Source: Phallusia mammillata
Taxonomy: Eukaryota
Assembly: GCA_965637545.1 (NCBI GenBank)
Contig: OZ281497.1
Span: forward strand, 18,476,001-18,540,000
Reading direction: 5' to 3'
Length of the DNA: 64,000 bases
Shown: piece after piece, positions 12,542 to 25,100 of the stretch
How positions within the stretch are numbered: the stretch's first letter is position 1
Layout: each line of letters starts with the position of its first letter
Made by a program: the position numbers and the translations under genes
Notes under the pieces: model-generated
What the model was told of the DNA's origin: nothing
Databases searched by the model: none
The model's input: the letters and a program-made list of their open reading frames with translations, nothing else

Positions 12542-14702
12542 AAAAAACAGCACGCTCGGTAAAAAAAGTTTGGAAGAAGTGTTTAGCTGGAACAAAGCAC
12601 CAAGCTTTAACCAAAACGAACTATTTGCTGCAAACATCACACAAGGTTTGCTACACATACAAACGACGAAAAACATTAAGTGCACAGAAGGGAGGAACAG
12701 TGCCCGTGGAAGAAAGTGGTATGTCGTGAAGACTTCGGTAAAAAACGGTCCTTGAAGCGTGCGGGGATAAACATAAACGAATTCGAGGTACATTGGATGC
12801 AAAACGTTGGGTTTTTAAGTTCTCGTACCAAAAAGTGTAAAAAAGCGCTGGTCCTGTGTGGACACAGACACAACACTTCTAAATGACAATGAACTTTATC
12901 AGGATTGTTAGAAAATTTCTGCCACACAGCTGCGCCAAGGAGCAAGCAAATTTCGCACCATGCGAGAAGTGCCTACGACACAACGATACTTGGCTGGATG
13001 AGCGGAACGTTTCCACTGCTACTTCCAGAGGAAGAAGTAGAATGAATACTACCAGCCGATCTGCCCGCTGGTCGACGATCGTTTGACGATTTGGGATTTT
13101 CTGATTCAGATTTGCTTGTAAAATCTTTACTTTCTGAAAAAAGGAAATAAAATACTAACTTGATTCACCTATTAGGCATCTGCATAGTGTGACATGTATA
13201 CTGAGCGAAATAGACCCTGTCCGAACTTTCGTGTTCAGTAAATATGTCGAACAGCATGTGTTTTTTATTGTTATTCAGCTGTTTGCTATTGATGAAAGTC
13301 CTCACGTTGAACGTTCGTGTTGTTTTGTTGACAATGCGCGATAAAATGAGTGTGGGTCCTTGAATTTTTATTGACTCACCTAAATTACTGACGACAATAC
13401 ACACACGTAAGTCTCCATATGATTTGCATGGTGGCGGGCTTACCGATCACACAAGTCAACCCACCCGTTGAGACATATTAATAAAGCATGTCAACATAAT
13501 GTTATATTCCAGGCACATTTCCTCACTAGTTATAGTTCCCCAGAGCAACCGCGAACTATAACCAGTAACCTTTTCGCAGGGTTTAACCCATTTAGAGCTA
13601 TTTTTATTTTAAGAAAGCCCCTAGTTTTGGTACCTATGGAAAGATTAAGGCTGGGGGAATTCCATTTGTATTACAGCAGCAACACGTGAAGTTGTCACGA
13701 AGGTTTTGTGCGATTTCTCTAAAATGCGTGGTTTTACGCTTGAGTGTCAATGTGTTTGGGGAGATTCCCATTCAAAAGATAAGTAGTGCTGTTTACTTGC
13801 TAAAAATCTTATGGTGTATTGATTTTTCCCCTAAAACTACAAAGCTGTGCTAAAAATCAGCAACAAGTCAAAACACAATTTTGCTTCATTACACTTTCAT
13901 ACCATTTTTGCTTTGCTCAACAAACTGCAAAGCTTTTAAGGCTGAAAAATGCCCCAAAAACGCAATAACCAGAAGTTAACACTATTTTGTCACCTACAAA
14001 GTTAAATTGAAACCTGGAGCGTTTTGTCAAGTGCCTATTGTCCTTCTTATATTTGTTTTCGTTGTACGTCGCAGGAAAATGCACTTGGCTGTGAAAATTG
14101 CCAAACCACATTAATATAAAACTGAAGCCTATACCGTTCAAGGACAACTGTAGCAACTTGGTGTTGGACTTTGTTTGTACGTTTCGCTGGGAACGGCAAC
14201 ATGTGAGCTTTATTGGCAACGAAATATTGAATTTGGAGTGCTTCACATTGTAGCAATAAGCCCCCGTAAGTAAACAAGGACGTTTATTATTACTTCAAGG
14301 ATTAAAGAAGGACACTGCTGGTAAAATGTACGAAACGGCCTACGATTAAACTGATACTGTTACCCCAAAAGACATTCAGATACAGGTGAGCAGAATTTGT
14401 TATGTTAGGTAGTTTGGATATGTTAGGTAGCTTTTTGGTGTATAAAACATCAAAATACCTTTGTCTATCATTTCCATACACAGTGGCATACTTTAGCCAG
14501 AAAATCGTAGGAAGTCATATTTAAGCTCTACGATTCAGTAAATTTTGCCTCGAAGGCCCAGCAACCTGCCAGGTACTTTCGCACCCAGAGCTTCTGGAGA
14601 AAGTCACGGGATCTTGCGAAAACACGCCACCTTTCTTTGTGCAGGGCCGATGTTCAATGAACCTATTGTCGGTGGTCTATAATACGCCTGTGAACCAAAC
14701 AG

Positions 14703-17700
14703 TCACGTGAACAATGCCCGGTCCGTTCCGCCTTTGTTGCTTTCGCTTGTGGCCCAAAAACCAAAGGAAGTCTCTTTGTAGGCAAATTCTGGCTCCCCAC
14801 ATCCAGGCTTTTGTCAATGGTGACTTGTTGTTAGTTAGAAATCAATTTTTGTTTGTTGTTCTTACCTTTCAATTGAGATTGCGATTCTCCTTCGACGTTT
14901 TCTGTCTTGTTTTCTTTCTGGACAGCCGGAACTTGGATTGTGATTTGCAGTCCGTCGTCGTAGTTGCCTGGCACTTCGCATTTAGCCTGCACATACGTCA
15001 CCAATGCTTCTACCTGTGAAAAATCAAACTTTCAGGGTTGCGCAAAAATCCCACTAACTGCAGCGACTCGAGTCAATTTAACAAGCCTTTGTATTAAAAT
15101 AGGCTTGTAAGTAGGCCAAAGTTTTATACAGAACTGTTATAGCATACCATAGGGTGTGGTCGGCGTTTAGCAGCAAGGCACGCTGCCTCGTAACACTTGT
15201 ATTTGCGTTGCCATGTACGGTTGTGCACACATTTCACAGCAGTGAACCAAAACGACCATTCCGCGGTTTATAAACGGTCACGTCATCAAGCAAACCTTTG
15301 TCTATGCTCACGTGACTCAGTATTATAGTCGTTGGAGTGTATGGCAACAGAACGGAAATTACCAGTTTTTTTGAAGTTTCGTCACTGTCTCCATTGTCTG
15401 GTTGTGGTCTATGAGTAAGCGCGGTCACAGTTCGCTGAGCAACTGACACAAGGCCATTGCCGGTCATTGGTGGAAAAGAACACATACAATCAAGGATACA
15501 GCGAAATGTGCAGCACGGACCCTGCAAACGTGTAACAGATATTATTAACAACTTTCCAAATGACACAAATCTATACAATCAAATGTACCGTCCAGAAAAC
15601 TAGACTTGTAATAGTATGTGGAGATTAAATCCTATATTTCTAACGGGTTACAAAGTTTCGCTAATGGATGCTGCAAACGTAATCATTGCATGTGCTTATT
15701 ATGAAACAAGTGAACATTGAAGTATAATTAACATACCTCCATTTCCTAAAGCAAGAACAGGTCTAACTATTTCTAACACGCGCGTCTTCCCGTAAGAAAG
15801 CAAACAAATGTAAATTCGGGTTGTCTGCTCAAGATCGTGATTACTGCTTGCGCAAGGCCATTAATCAAGGCGATTTAAGCAGATAAAGCCTGTTTACCGC
15901 CCAAACCATCGCCCCACACATAATATCGATCGAACATAATTCCACGCCTTTACCCGTTCGATGCTTTCCAGAGCCCTGAGGAAGCGCTCAGTCGCTGCTT
16001 TGTCTGGTGAATTTTCCCTGTTGAAAATGTCGAGAATTTGACGAACGTCACTATCAGCCAGAATCGGTTCCTCGAGATGTTCGAGCCAAGACCACATCAG
16101 CGACGAGAGGACATACGGGTCGTTGAGGTCGGCTAGCTCTTGCCAAGCATTGATGTGATTGTTGATTGCCACTTGCTGTGTGTAGATCTGCGAAAGGTAG
16201 CTATTTTGAGTATCAACGCAATTACTCTCTTTCTTTGCCATTTTTAGCGTGGAATTTAATTGGTTTACTTACATTTTCCATTTTATGAAAATAGAATCTT
16301 GTGAAAACTTTTGACACATTTTTTTAACAAATTTCATGTACAGAGTCTTGTGAAAACTTTTCATAAATTTTTCACGAATTTCATAAACTAGAGTCTCATG
16401 AAAACTTTAAACATTAAAACAGTTTCTACCTTTTCCCACATGTATTCGTCATCAGTCAGTTTGTAGGAAAACGCTTTAGCGATGCTAACCGGATCGAACA
16501 CCTGCTTTTCTGGTGAGGTTGCTCGCGGTACATCCCCATAACTACTGCGACGACTTAAGCTAGAAGGGTCCTCCGTTGCTAAAGCTCCGGCCAGATCGTT
16601 CATACTCTTTGATGTTCGGGGTGAGAAAATTGGTTTATCTGACACCGTAAGAAGGTTGGCTGAATGATCAACATCTGCGTCTCGATGAGGCATTGTGTCT
16701 GCACACTCCTCTGGGTCGCCCGTGGATTGTGATGAGCTAGGAGAGGTTCGGCCATCAGAGCTGCTGTCTGTCTTACTGGTTAGGTTTTGTTGGTCGCTAG
16801 CGTCGGACAGACGTTTTCCACGCTCTTCCATCATCTCCATGTTTCTCTCCCCTCTAAGGTTGATTTTTAATGTCAATGCATTTAAGGTGAAAACTGAAAA
16901 GTTTACCCACAAAGGATGCTTTGCATTTCAAGTAAGCAGAGCCCAGGACACATTGTAAGGCAAATTGCAATCCATATTAGGATTTTGTTTTTACTTGTCA
17001 GTTGTCACTTCTGTCATGTTGGTGTTTATATTTTCATACCTATACATCAATGGTGTGCTTCTTCCTTTGTTGGCAACTTTAGCTGACAACCTTTCGCCCT
17101 CTGCCTCATCAGATGTTTGATTTCCTTCAGTTTGGGGTTGATTGTGTCCAACACCTGTCATATTAACAGAACTTCCACATCTGCCCATTAAGTTAAATGC
17201 AAAACATTACCTTCATTCATTTGTTTCGACCAACTGACTTTGGAAGCAATTGAGCTGTTAAGTTCCTTTGCACATTTACTTTCATCCTGCAAAAGCATAA
17301 TGCACAACTGCTGTATTATGTGTTAACTATTTTGCTAATTTATTTACAGATAATATGCAGGCACCCAAAAGCACAATAAAAAAGTGAAAAAAAAGACCTA
17401 AACAAACACAAATTATGACCTGACTTTTACACAAAAAGGAAACAATAGCAGCAAAACAAAGAAACCTATTTGTTAAGAATCAAGTTTCACCATACCTCAT
17501 TTTCACTGTCGGAAAATGAAGGACCATCATTACCAGCGATGTCAATTACCTCAAGATCTTCATCACCTATTTTAAATTGGGCTTTTAAATTCTTTTTTTT
17601 GCAAACATAGTTAAATACGAATTTGATATCATGTACCACAGTCCACCATGCAAAGAATAGATCTATCATGCAAAGGAAATAATGTTATGCAATATCTTGG

Positions 17701-20700
17701 TTGTCATGCACCATCATTTTAATTTTTGAATCATTGCCAGGTCAGCATGTAATTTTTTTTCAAATTAAACTACCTACCCTGATCCCCAATTAGGAACTCT
17801 ACTTTGGGATTTTCGGCTTGAAGTTCGGAAACTTTATCAACGAAATCAGATTGCGGTTCATTGGTAGTGCCAGATTCAATGCTATTTGGGCCCCCATGCT
17901 GGCTTTCTGCATCAGCACCTTCATCATCAGATGAACCAACATTTGAGGAAGAAGACAATAGAGGAAGTGCAGCTTCATTTGCTGTTAACTCAGAGTACAG
18001 TAACATTGTTTTTTTGGCTGATACTTCTGATTTCACAGGGTTTGCATCTGTTGTGACTCCCGGAGTTCCTACAAGCTCTGTGATCTGTTTGTTAATTGCT
18101 TCTTGGCCCTCCTTAACAGGAAGTTCTTCATCTGATAGCTTGTCAATCCCCGCACTCATGTCAGTATCTAAGTTGTTTGCCACATGCATTTAAACCAAAA
18201 TCAAGCTGGAGGTGATTAAACAAAAAATTACAAATTCACGCAACATTACACCTCTCAGTACAAATGCCAAGGATTGCAGCTACTACAACATACTGTTTTT
18301 GTATCTACAAATCTTGAGAAAAAATTGAGCAAAATGTATAAATTAAGCTAGGAAATAAAAGATTGCATGTGCACCAATAACCAATAATCAATTTCTAGTA
18401 GGAACATTCATGTTGGAATATAAATCAGGAAAAGGTACAGAAAATAAGTCACTACAGTGCCTACAATAACTACATTAGCATTCAAACTTACCTTCAGGTA
18501 GTTCCACATCCTCTTTATCAACCACAGACACAGCACCCTGACTTTTTGCACTTTTAGTATGCTTGGCTCTTGATCCTGTAGGCAGCACAGTTTCTGACAT
18601 CCCAGCGGACTTTCTTATTTTCCTTTGTTTGGAACCAGATATTTCTGCTAATATTGCAGATTCAATAGGAGCTGTGTGGCTAGCAACTAATGATTTAACA
18701 CCACTGGAATGCACTGGCTCTCTAGGTGACAATTTAGGTGAAGGAAGCGGTGATTCTTTGATGTCTACACTTTGAAGACTAGTGTTGTTGTTTTCATTGT
18801 CATTAGTTGAAGGAGAGTCTAAGTGAAGAGATTGCATATCTTCCAGCATATGATTGCTACTGGTATTCAAGTTCATTGTGGAGCCAACTAGAACACTACT
18901 TTGTACATCTGATGAGGATAATTCAACTTCATCATCAGCAAGACAGTAGCCCTGCCTTGACTGTGGTTTGACAAAAGTTATTTGGGAATCTTCTTGGGAG
19001 ACTATGCTGTTATGTGGTGTTACACCACTTTTTGCTGAACTGGAGCGACTTTTTACCATACAAATTGAGTGTGTCTTAGTTTTGGTTCCCAAATTTTCTG
19101 AAGTTATACTTTCTGAAACATCAGATTCATCATATGACTTAAAGTCTGCTTCACCATGAGGTGTTTGGCCTGCAGAAGAGGGTCTGTTGGAGCTTTCAGA
19201 AACATTTCTTGATCTTCCACTGCCACGTCTGGAAACTCTTGGGGACAATACTGCATCTACATCAGTTGGAGAAGAAGCAAGAACCTTAAATGGTAATACA
19301 ACTTGTTAGTTTTTTTCTGCTAGTCTCTATCAGCTTACAACACCAGCTGAAGTATATTCATTGAAGATTTTACCTCTGGTTCAATTTCATCTGCATCTTC
19401 TGTTTCATTGACGAAAGCTCCTGGAATTGTTTCCTTCATTTCAGCAACGGTATTGCATCTAGCAAGCAAATTCAAAATATTAAACTTATTGCTCACTTTG
19501 ATATGAGCAAATCCCCTCCATTCCCCATCTAACCTTTTCACAGGTTTGTCTGCACTATCCAATTGAAATTGAGAGAAGTCACTGCTGCTGCTACTTTTTA
19601 CCATTGTCGACAATTTGTTGCATACAACATGTACTAGTTTTGGAGTGTGGCGTAACTCCCTGGACTCAAAACCATGCAAAAGGTGATTTTGTCGAATGAG
19701 GAACTGCTTTAAAGATAATCGCTTAGAGTGGGGTACAACCTGCAACAAAATACACATCTTAAATTTACAATATTTCAACATTAAAAAGTGACAATTGTGC
19801 TAGCCATGTATACCTGTGGAAAAACAATTCTAAGGGGTCGAAGAAATTGCCAAAACTCATGAACACAGGCTATTTGCCCTCGTGTTTGAATGGAGTTGCT
19901 GCGATTTTTCCTTACTGTCAGGATCGCTGTGCCTGGTTCCATACGATGAGCGAACACAAGGTAACAAGCAATCAGCACACCTAACAGTATTGTTAAAATA
20001 ACAGATCAAGTATATTTTCAACAAGGTATTATTGTCTCTTTTTTTACCTGTTCTTCCTAGGCCAGCATGGCAATGCACTGCAACTTTTCCTTCCTCAAGA
20101 GCAAAAGACATCACTTTCACCATGTCCAAGATGGTATTAAGTGATGTTACTCCAAAATCTTTCCAACCAAAGTTGTAGAAAAAAACTGCTCAGAAGGATT
20201 AAAATAAGGATTGATAGCTATCACGTAAAAAGTTCAAAAAGCTTACTGTCACTGTCCATAAAATCTTGGGGATGATATGTAAACAGACTGTCCTTATCAA
20301 GAGGTGGTCCACAACTTGCATGTTCCCCAGGACGTTGTAAATTTATGATTGAAGTAATGTTGTGTCTGCAAACATGTATAAGTGATCCACATTTAAATGT
20401 GTTTTTCGTCTTTTTATTAAACTTTTACTTTTTAAATTGTCCAATGATGTCATATTTCTCCATTATCTCTGTCGATGGTCGGGACATTGCAACAACATTA
20501 TCCAAAACCCTTAAAAAGATTGAAATTTAATGTACGGTGGAATTAATAGAATGCTTTATAGAAGGAACTAACTTACCAGGATGAAAATACACCCTTTATT
20601 GCTTGGTCTGCATCACTCCATCTTGCAGGGTTTTCCCACTTGCAATTTCTTCCCCCACATGCCATAGAACATTGCATAGGTCCTGGGATAGCCTGCCGAA

Positions 20701-20923
20701 TCTTCTCACCCAGTCGAGTGTATTTTGCCTCAGGAATGCCTTGAAAGCAAATTATACAACCTTAACTTTCAACAAACTGATTGGCATTTATTCATGTATT
20801 TTTATCACCACACCACCATCAAATGTAATTGAATTAGTCATCATTAACAGTTAAAAACAGGTTTATTCTTTACATACCATCATCAATGGAGTCATTCCTG
20901 GACTGGGATTTCTTTTTATCCAT
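14703..20923 (-). CDS. PTPDC1: Protein tyrosine phosphatase domain-containing 1, many exons, with a long Ser-rich disordered middle
   Basis: AKYTRLGEKIRQAIPGPMQCSMACGGRNCKWENPARWS...AIKGVFSSW; intact P-loop VAVHCHAGLGRTG; NSIQTRGQ; C-terminal DPYVLSSLMWSWLEHLEEPIL and CILDCMCSFPP block. ATG at 20923, TGA at 14703-14705. Confidence 0.93.
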
Positions 20924-22119
20924 TGAAGACTAAATTTGTTGAGGAAAGTCCTCAATATGCTCCTGACTTCACAATTTTTTCATTATGTATAGGAATTCGG
21001 CATAGCATTAGTAAACCTATTATCTAATTCTTACAATAACAAAAAAAAACATGGCTAAATCCCACGTATCTGATAACACGCGAACTGCGGGCGCTAATAG
21101 CTTAAACAATAATAAGAAACATAAGTTTTGGCTACTGAAGCCTTGTTCGGTTGCAGGTGCCCGCCACAAGCGTTGCGCCTATGTTGACGCTCAGCAAACA
21201 TCGACATTTGAAGTGAACCTACTTTCTCACGAAAGTTCGCCGCGTCACCGAATGACTTCACACAAAAGAAAAAAGTTCACTTTCGGATAAAGTTGACTAC
21301 AGTCGATCACAAGACTTGCTCATTCACTCGACAATTTACATCACCGCGTAACCACCTCCGTTACCAATAAGAGGCCGGAACAACATGATATCGATTCACA
21401 TAAAAAGAGACTCGACTGGAAAGCCCTTTGTTTGTACCGGGCTTAGAACGACGTGCCAGGCGTTCCTATGGAAATAAACGAGCAACAAAAACAAAACTAA
21501 GCCCGCACAGTCACGAGCTCATCCCTTGCCATCTCTCCTGCGTTTTAAACCGCCCAGGCTTATAAAATCTGAATCGATTTTTGCTGCGCACCGGGGCAGC
21601 AATTTAACATGCATTCCTCGCTGTCTAATTAGCACCAAGAAAACAAAACACGAAATTTCATCACGTTGAAATAGTAACTGCAAAGAGGGCTGCAATTCCA
21701 CATCGATCACACGACGGGTACATACAAGTCGATAGTACACGCATTTTACTGTTTATTGCACGGATAAATGAACTCGCTTGTTACTCCTAATTCCCTAGCT
21801 ATTGCAGCTTTCCGATAAACCGCCCTTTTAAGAGGATTTGACTGCTCTCAAGAGGTCGACCGCAGTAATTAAATGGGACAGCGCACTGATGTACCAACTG
21901 ACAATTGATCACCAGCATTTTTTGGCAAGAGAACAGAAAAGTTTATGAAAAAAAAAAGTTTCATACATTGAGACAATACAATTCGTAACTGAATTCATTA
22001 AATGAACTTCATTTGCGTCGATTACAATTTTAAAGAAAGCATAATAAAGCGAAGAATAATATGAACAGTAGATGGGAACAGCAGATTTCACAGTGCAAAC
22101 GTGCTCGACCTATGATCAT

Positions 22120-25100
22120 TCATAAGCTTGGTCTGTGAAAGTGCGATTCGATATCATTGTCACCGCCTTCATGGGCATCCGGTTCCGATGGCATAAGAGA
22201 TGAACGGGTCAATCCCCAAAAGAGTTTCGGGGTCAGATCGTCTTTTGTTGCCTTGAACTTCCAGCCCATATGCTGATGGCACTCTGCACACTGACATATC
22301 GTCCACGCGTATCTGCAAGACGAGCTAACGTTAATCGTGAAGTCTAATCTATTAAGAAGTTAAAACAAAAGTTTGCCAAACCTAGGGGTACTGCGTTTGC
22401 CGCCAATGATGTTATGTCAAAAAACATGTCAAAGCGTATATGGTACAGCCATTACTTATTTCAAAATTTTTAAACAGATAGCATTTAGGAGTCTTTAAAG
22501 TTGAATTGCAACTACAAACCCGACCACAAGAACACAAATCGTCGGGAAGTCGTGGGGATCAAGGTGGTGCTCGGTAAATATTAACAATTAAATAAAGAAA
22601 CATATGGTACACGGCTTGTCATATCCACAATTCCCAAAACACTATCATAATGGTTGAAACGCATTGATATCACAACACAATAGCTTCGACAAACATTTCA
22701 TAAATGGGAGAAGAGGTCAGAATGGCATATTTTCCAAACGAAACAATCAACCCCAACCTAGAATAATATTGACAACCGCCGGTACGTGGGATTTTCTATC
22801 AAAATATCGCGTCATTGAAATAGTCACAGCATAGTTCGGTTTGTGATCTATGGTTTTCCGGTAAGAATAATAGTTCAAGCTTACCCTGGAAACCAGCTGT
22901 GCTCTGTTGTCGACCTTCCGACGTAGGTTAGTCCTTTAACTTTGTACAGGGTAAGCGTTTCATGCACCACGCCGCCGGGGTTGACGTAGGCCGCCATTGT
23001 GCCCGACTTGGACATGCTGAACACGTCTTTGCGATTCGCCACCAGTGCGGAACAACCGGAACACGTGATCGCCGTCCGCTGAGCATGAAATTAAATACAC
23101 ATTAGTTGGTGTCGCGTTGCAATTGTGCGACGTTTCGTGAATGAAGTAATTCAGTTCGCCAGCTGCTTGGGTACACAAGAACTGCCTTACCTTGATGCTT
23201 GCTGGGGTAATTAACTTACAAAACACGTTATATATGTTTCAATCTGGATTTGGAAAGTTCTTTGTTTTGCTGGATGTTAAATGTAGCCTTGAAAATCGAA
23301 TGCAATCATATCAGTGTGGCCGTTTTTTACGATATTTTACTGATCAGCTTGAGAATATCATATGCTCGCGTTAATGGCCAGTGCAAAAGGGTTTAGGGTA
23401 TAAGATGTGCAAAAGGGTTCAAAATGGTTTCAGGTATACGATAACTTGAAAATATTCGTTAAAATGTTTGTATTATTATTACTCTGCAAAAACCGAAGAA
23501 TTTTAAAATGAACCTAGATGAACCACATAAAGCGCCACCCCTTTGAGTGTCGAGATCAGTCTATATTACCAGGTGTTTACGTACAGTTGTCCCCACCTTA
23601 CGCAATATATTCAATATCATCCGAAGCCGCTGTACGGCGCTCTCGAGTCTCAACATTTCCAGTCTGGTTTGATCGCGAATCGGCAACATAGTTATGACCC
23701 AAAACGAGAACTCTGTCGCTTCGTTGGAGCATTGGCTTTCTTTCAGTTCCTGATTCCATTCACGTAGTTCCGTGAATATGGCCAGCTTCAAGAAGTTCTG
23801 TAAGTCAACAAATAGAAGAGATCTGAAAAAGCGATTATAAACAAGTAAGATATTTTGTTGTGACCACTTCCATATTCCCTTTTCGCCAAGCGAAATAACT
23901 TAATTAGGTTCAACTACTTAAAAACACGTTTGCCCACAGTTTGACAAAAAAATAATATACTTTATATTTAAAGTATGGCACAAAGTACAACAGATTTGCC
24001 AAACGGTATTTCAGTGTTGCCTTAAATATCATGGCGTCATTGAAAACGTCACTTTTCAAATACTTCCGAAGTAGGACTCGTTGGTACAATCCAAATCAGC
24101 GAAGGCTGGCAGAACACCATTTCTGCTCGACACCTTATGCAGGGCAAAGCAGCTAAGTTGAAAGTCTTTAGTATTAAATCAACAGAAGTCGAAAGCATGG
24201 GAGTTTGGACCTATATTAGAAAGATCATTTTGCTGGGGCCTTTGTACAAGTTCGGCAACTTCAAGGACCGTGTGCACTGGGTCATTATATTATTTTTTAA
24301 GATTCTTTTGCCGTTTTATTTGGTTCTTGTGTCAGAACAGAGCGAAGTGGAGTCGTACAGGCACCACACGAAAAACTATTACAAGGTTGGGTATAGTATA
24401 CAAAGTCAAAGTGCTGATACAAAACTGCCTAGCGGCAATCGCCCTGCCTTTACATATTGTTTTGCCAAACTTATTTAAACGGTTTTCTTAGAGATTTGCC
24501 GCATCTAGTGAGTGTAGCTATACAATGCAGCTGTAACTATAATTACACTTCGGTAAAACATAAAAAAATGAAACTGTGTTCAAATTTGGGTACTAAAGCC
24601 TGAAAAACAGTGTCTAAATAATATTCTTCAAAGTTTTGACATTGGAAACCTGTTGTTAGAAAATCCATTTAATTCATATTTTTAGGACGAAATGCAAGCG
24701 ACATGTCAATCATACTCCCACTGGGAAGACGACTTACAGTTTTTACCTGACAAGTGGATATCCACAACAGGAAATTTTACCGATGTGAGCCTAAACTCAA
24801 CGGACAACTACAATGAAACTATTTTCTATGAAAGCACAGGCAAAATTGTAAACGAAATATTAGCTTACAAACGAATAGCGTCCCAGATAAAGATGGAAAA
24901 CCAAAATATCACTAGAGAATGCTGCAGCGTCTACAGGTACAGTTGTTTATTGATCACGTAAATAATGTTTTTAAGGATAACTTTGTGATATGAAAATGGC
25001 CAAAACATTTTACAGAATACATTTTTATAATATTTATTTCTAGGATGAAATGTTTATTTCTTTAAAGCGCTAATACATACTAACAATAAAAGCGGATTAC

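Noticed and set aside
15736-15830. Open frame TTRIYICLLSYGKTRVLEIVRPV with splice-like ends in PTPDC1
   Set aside because: The exon at about 15530-15365 (GPCCTFRCILDCMC...) matches PTPDC1 homology and phase; this one ends in an incompatible phase.
20923-22120. CRBN-PTPDC1 same-strand adjacency as a possible tunicate-style operon
   Set aside because: The 1.2-kb gap contains a GC-richer promoter-like block (about 21050-21500); described ascidian operons have essentially no intercistronic DNA.
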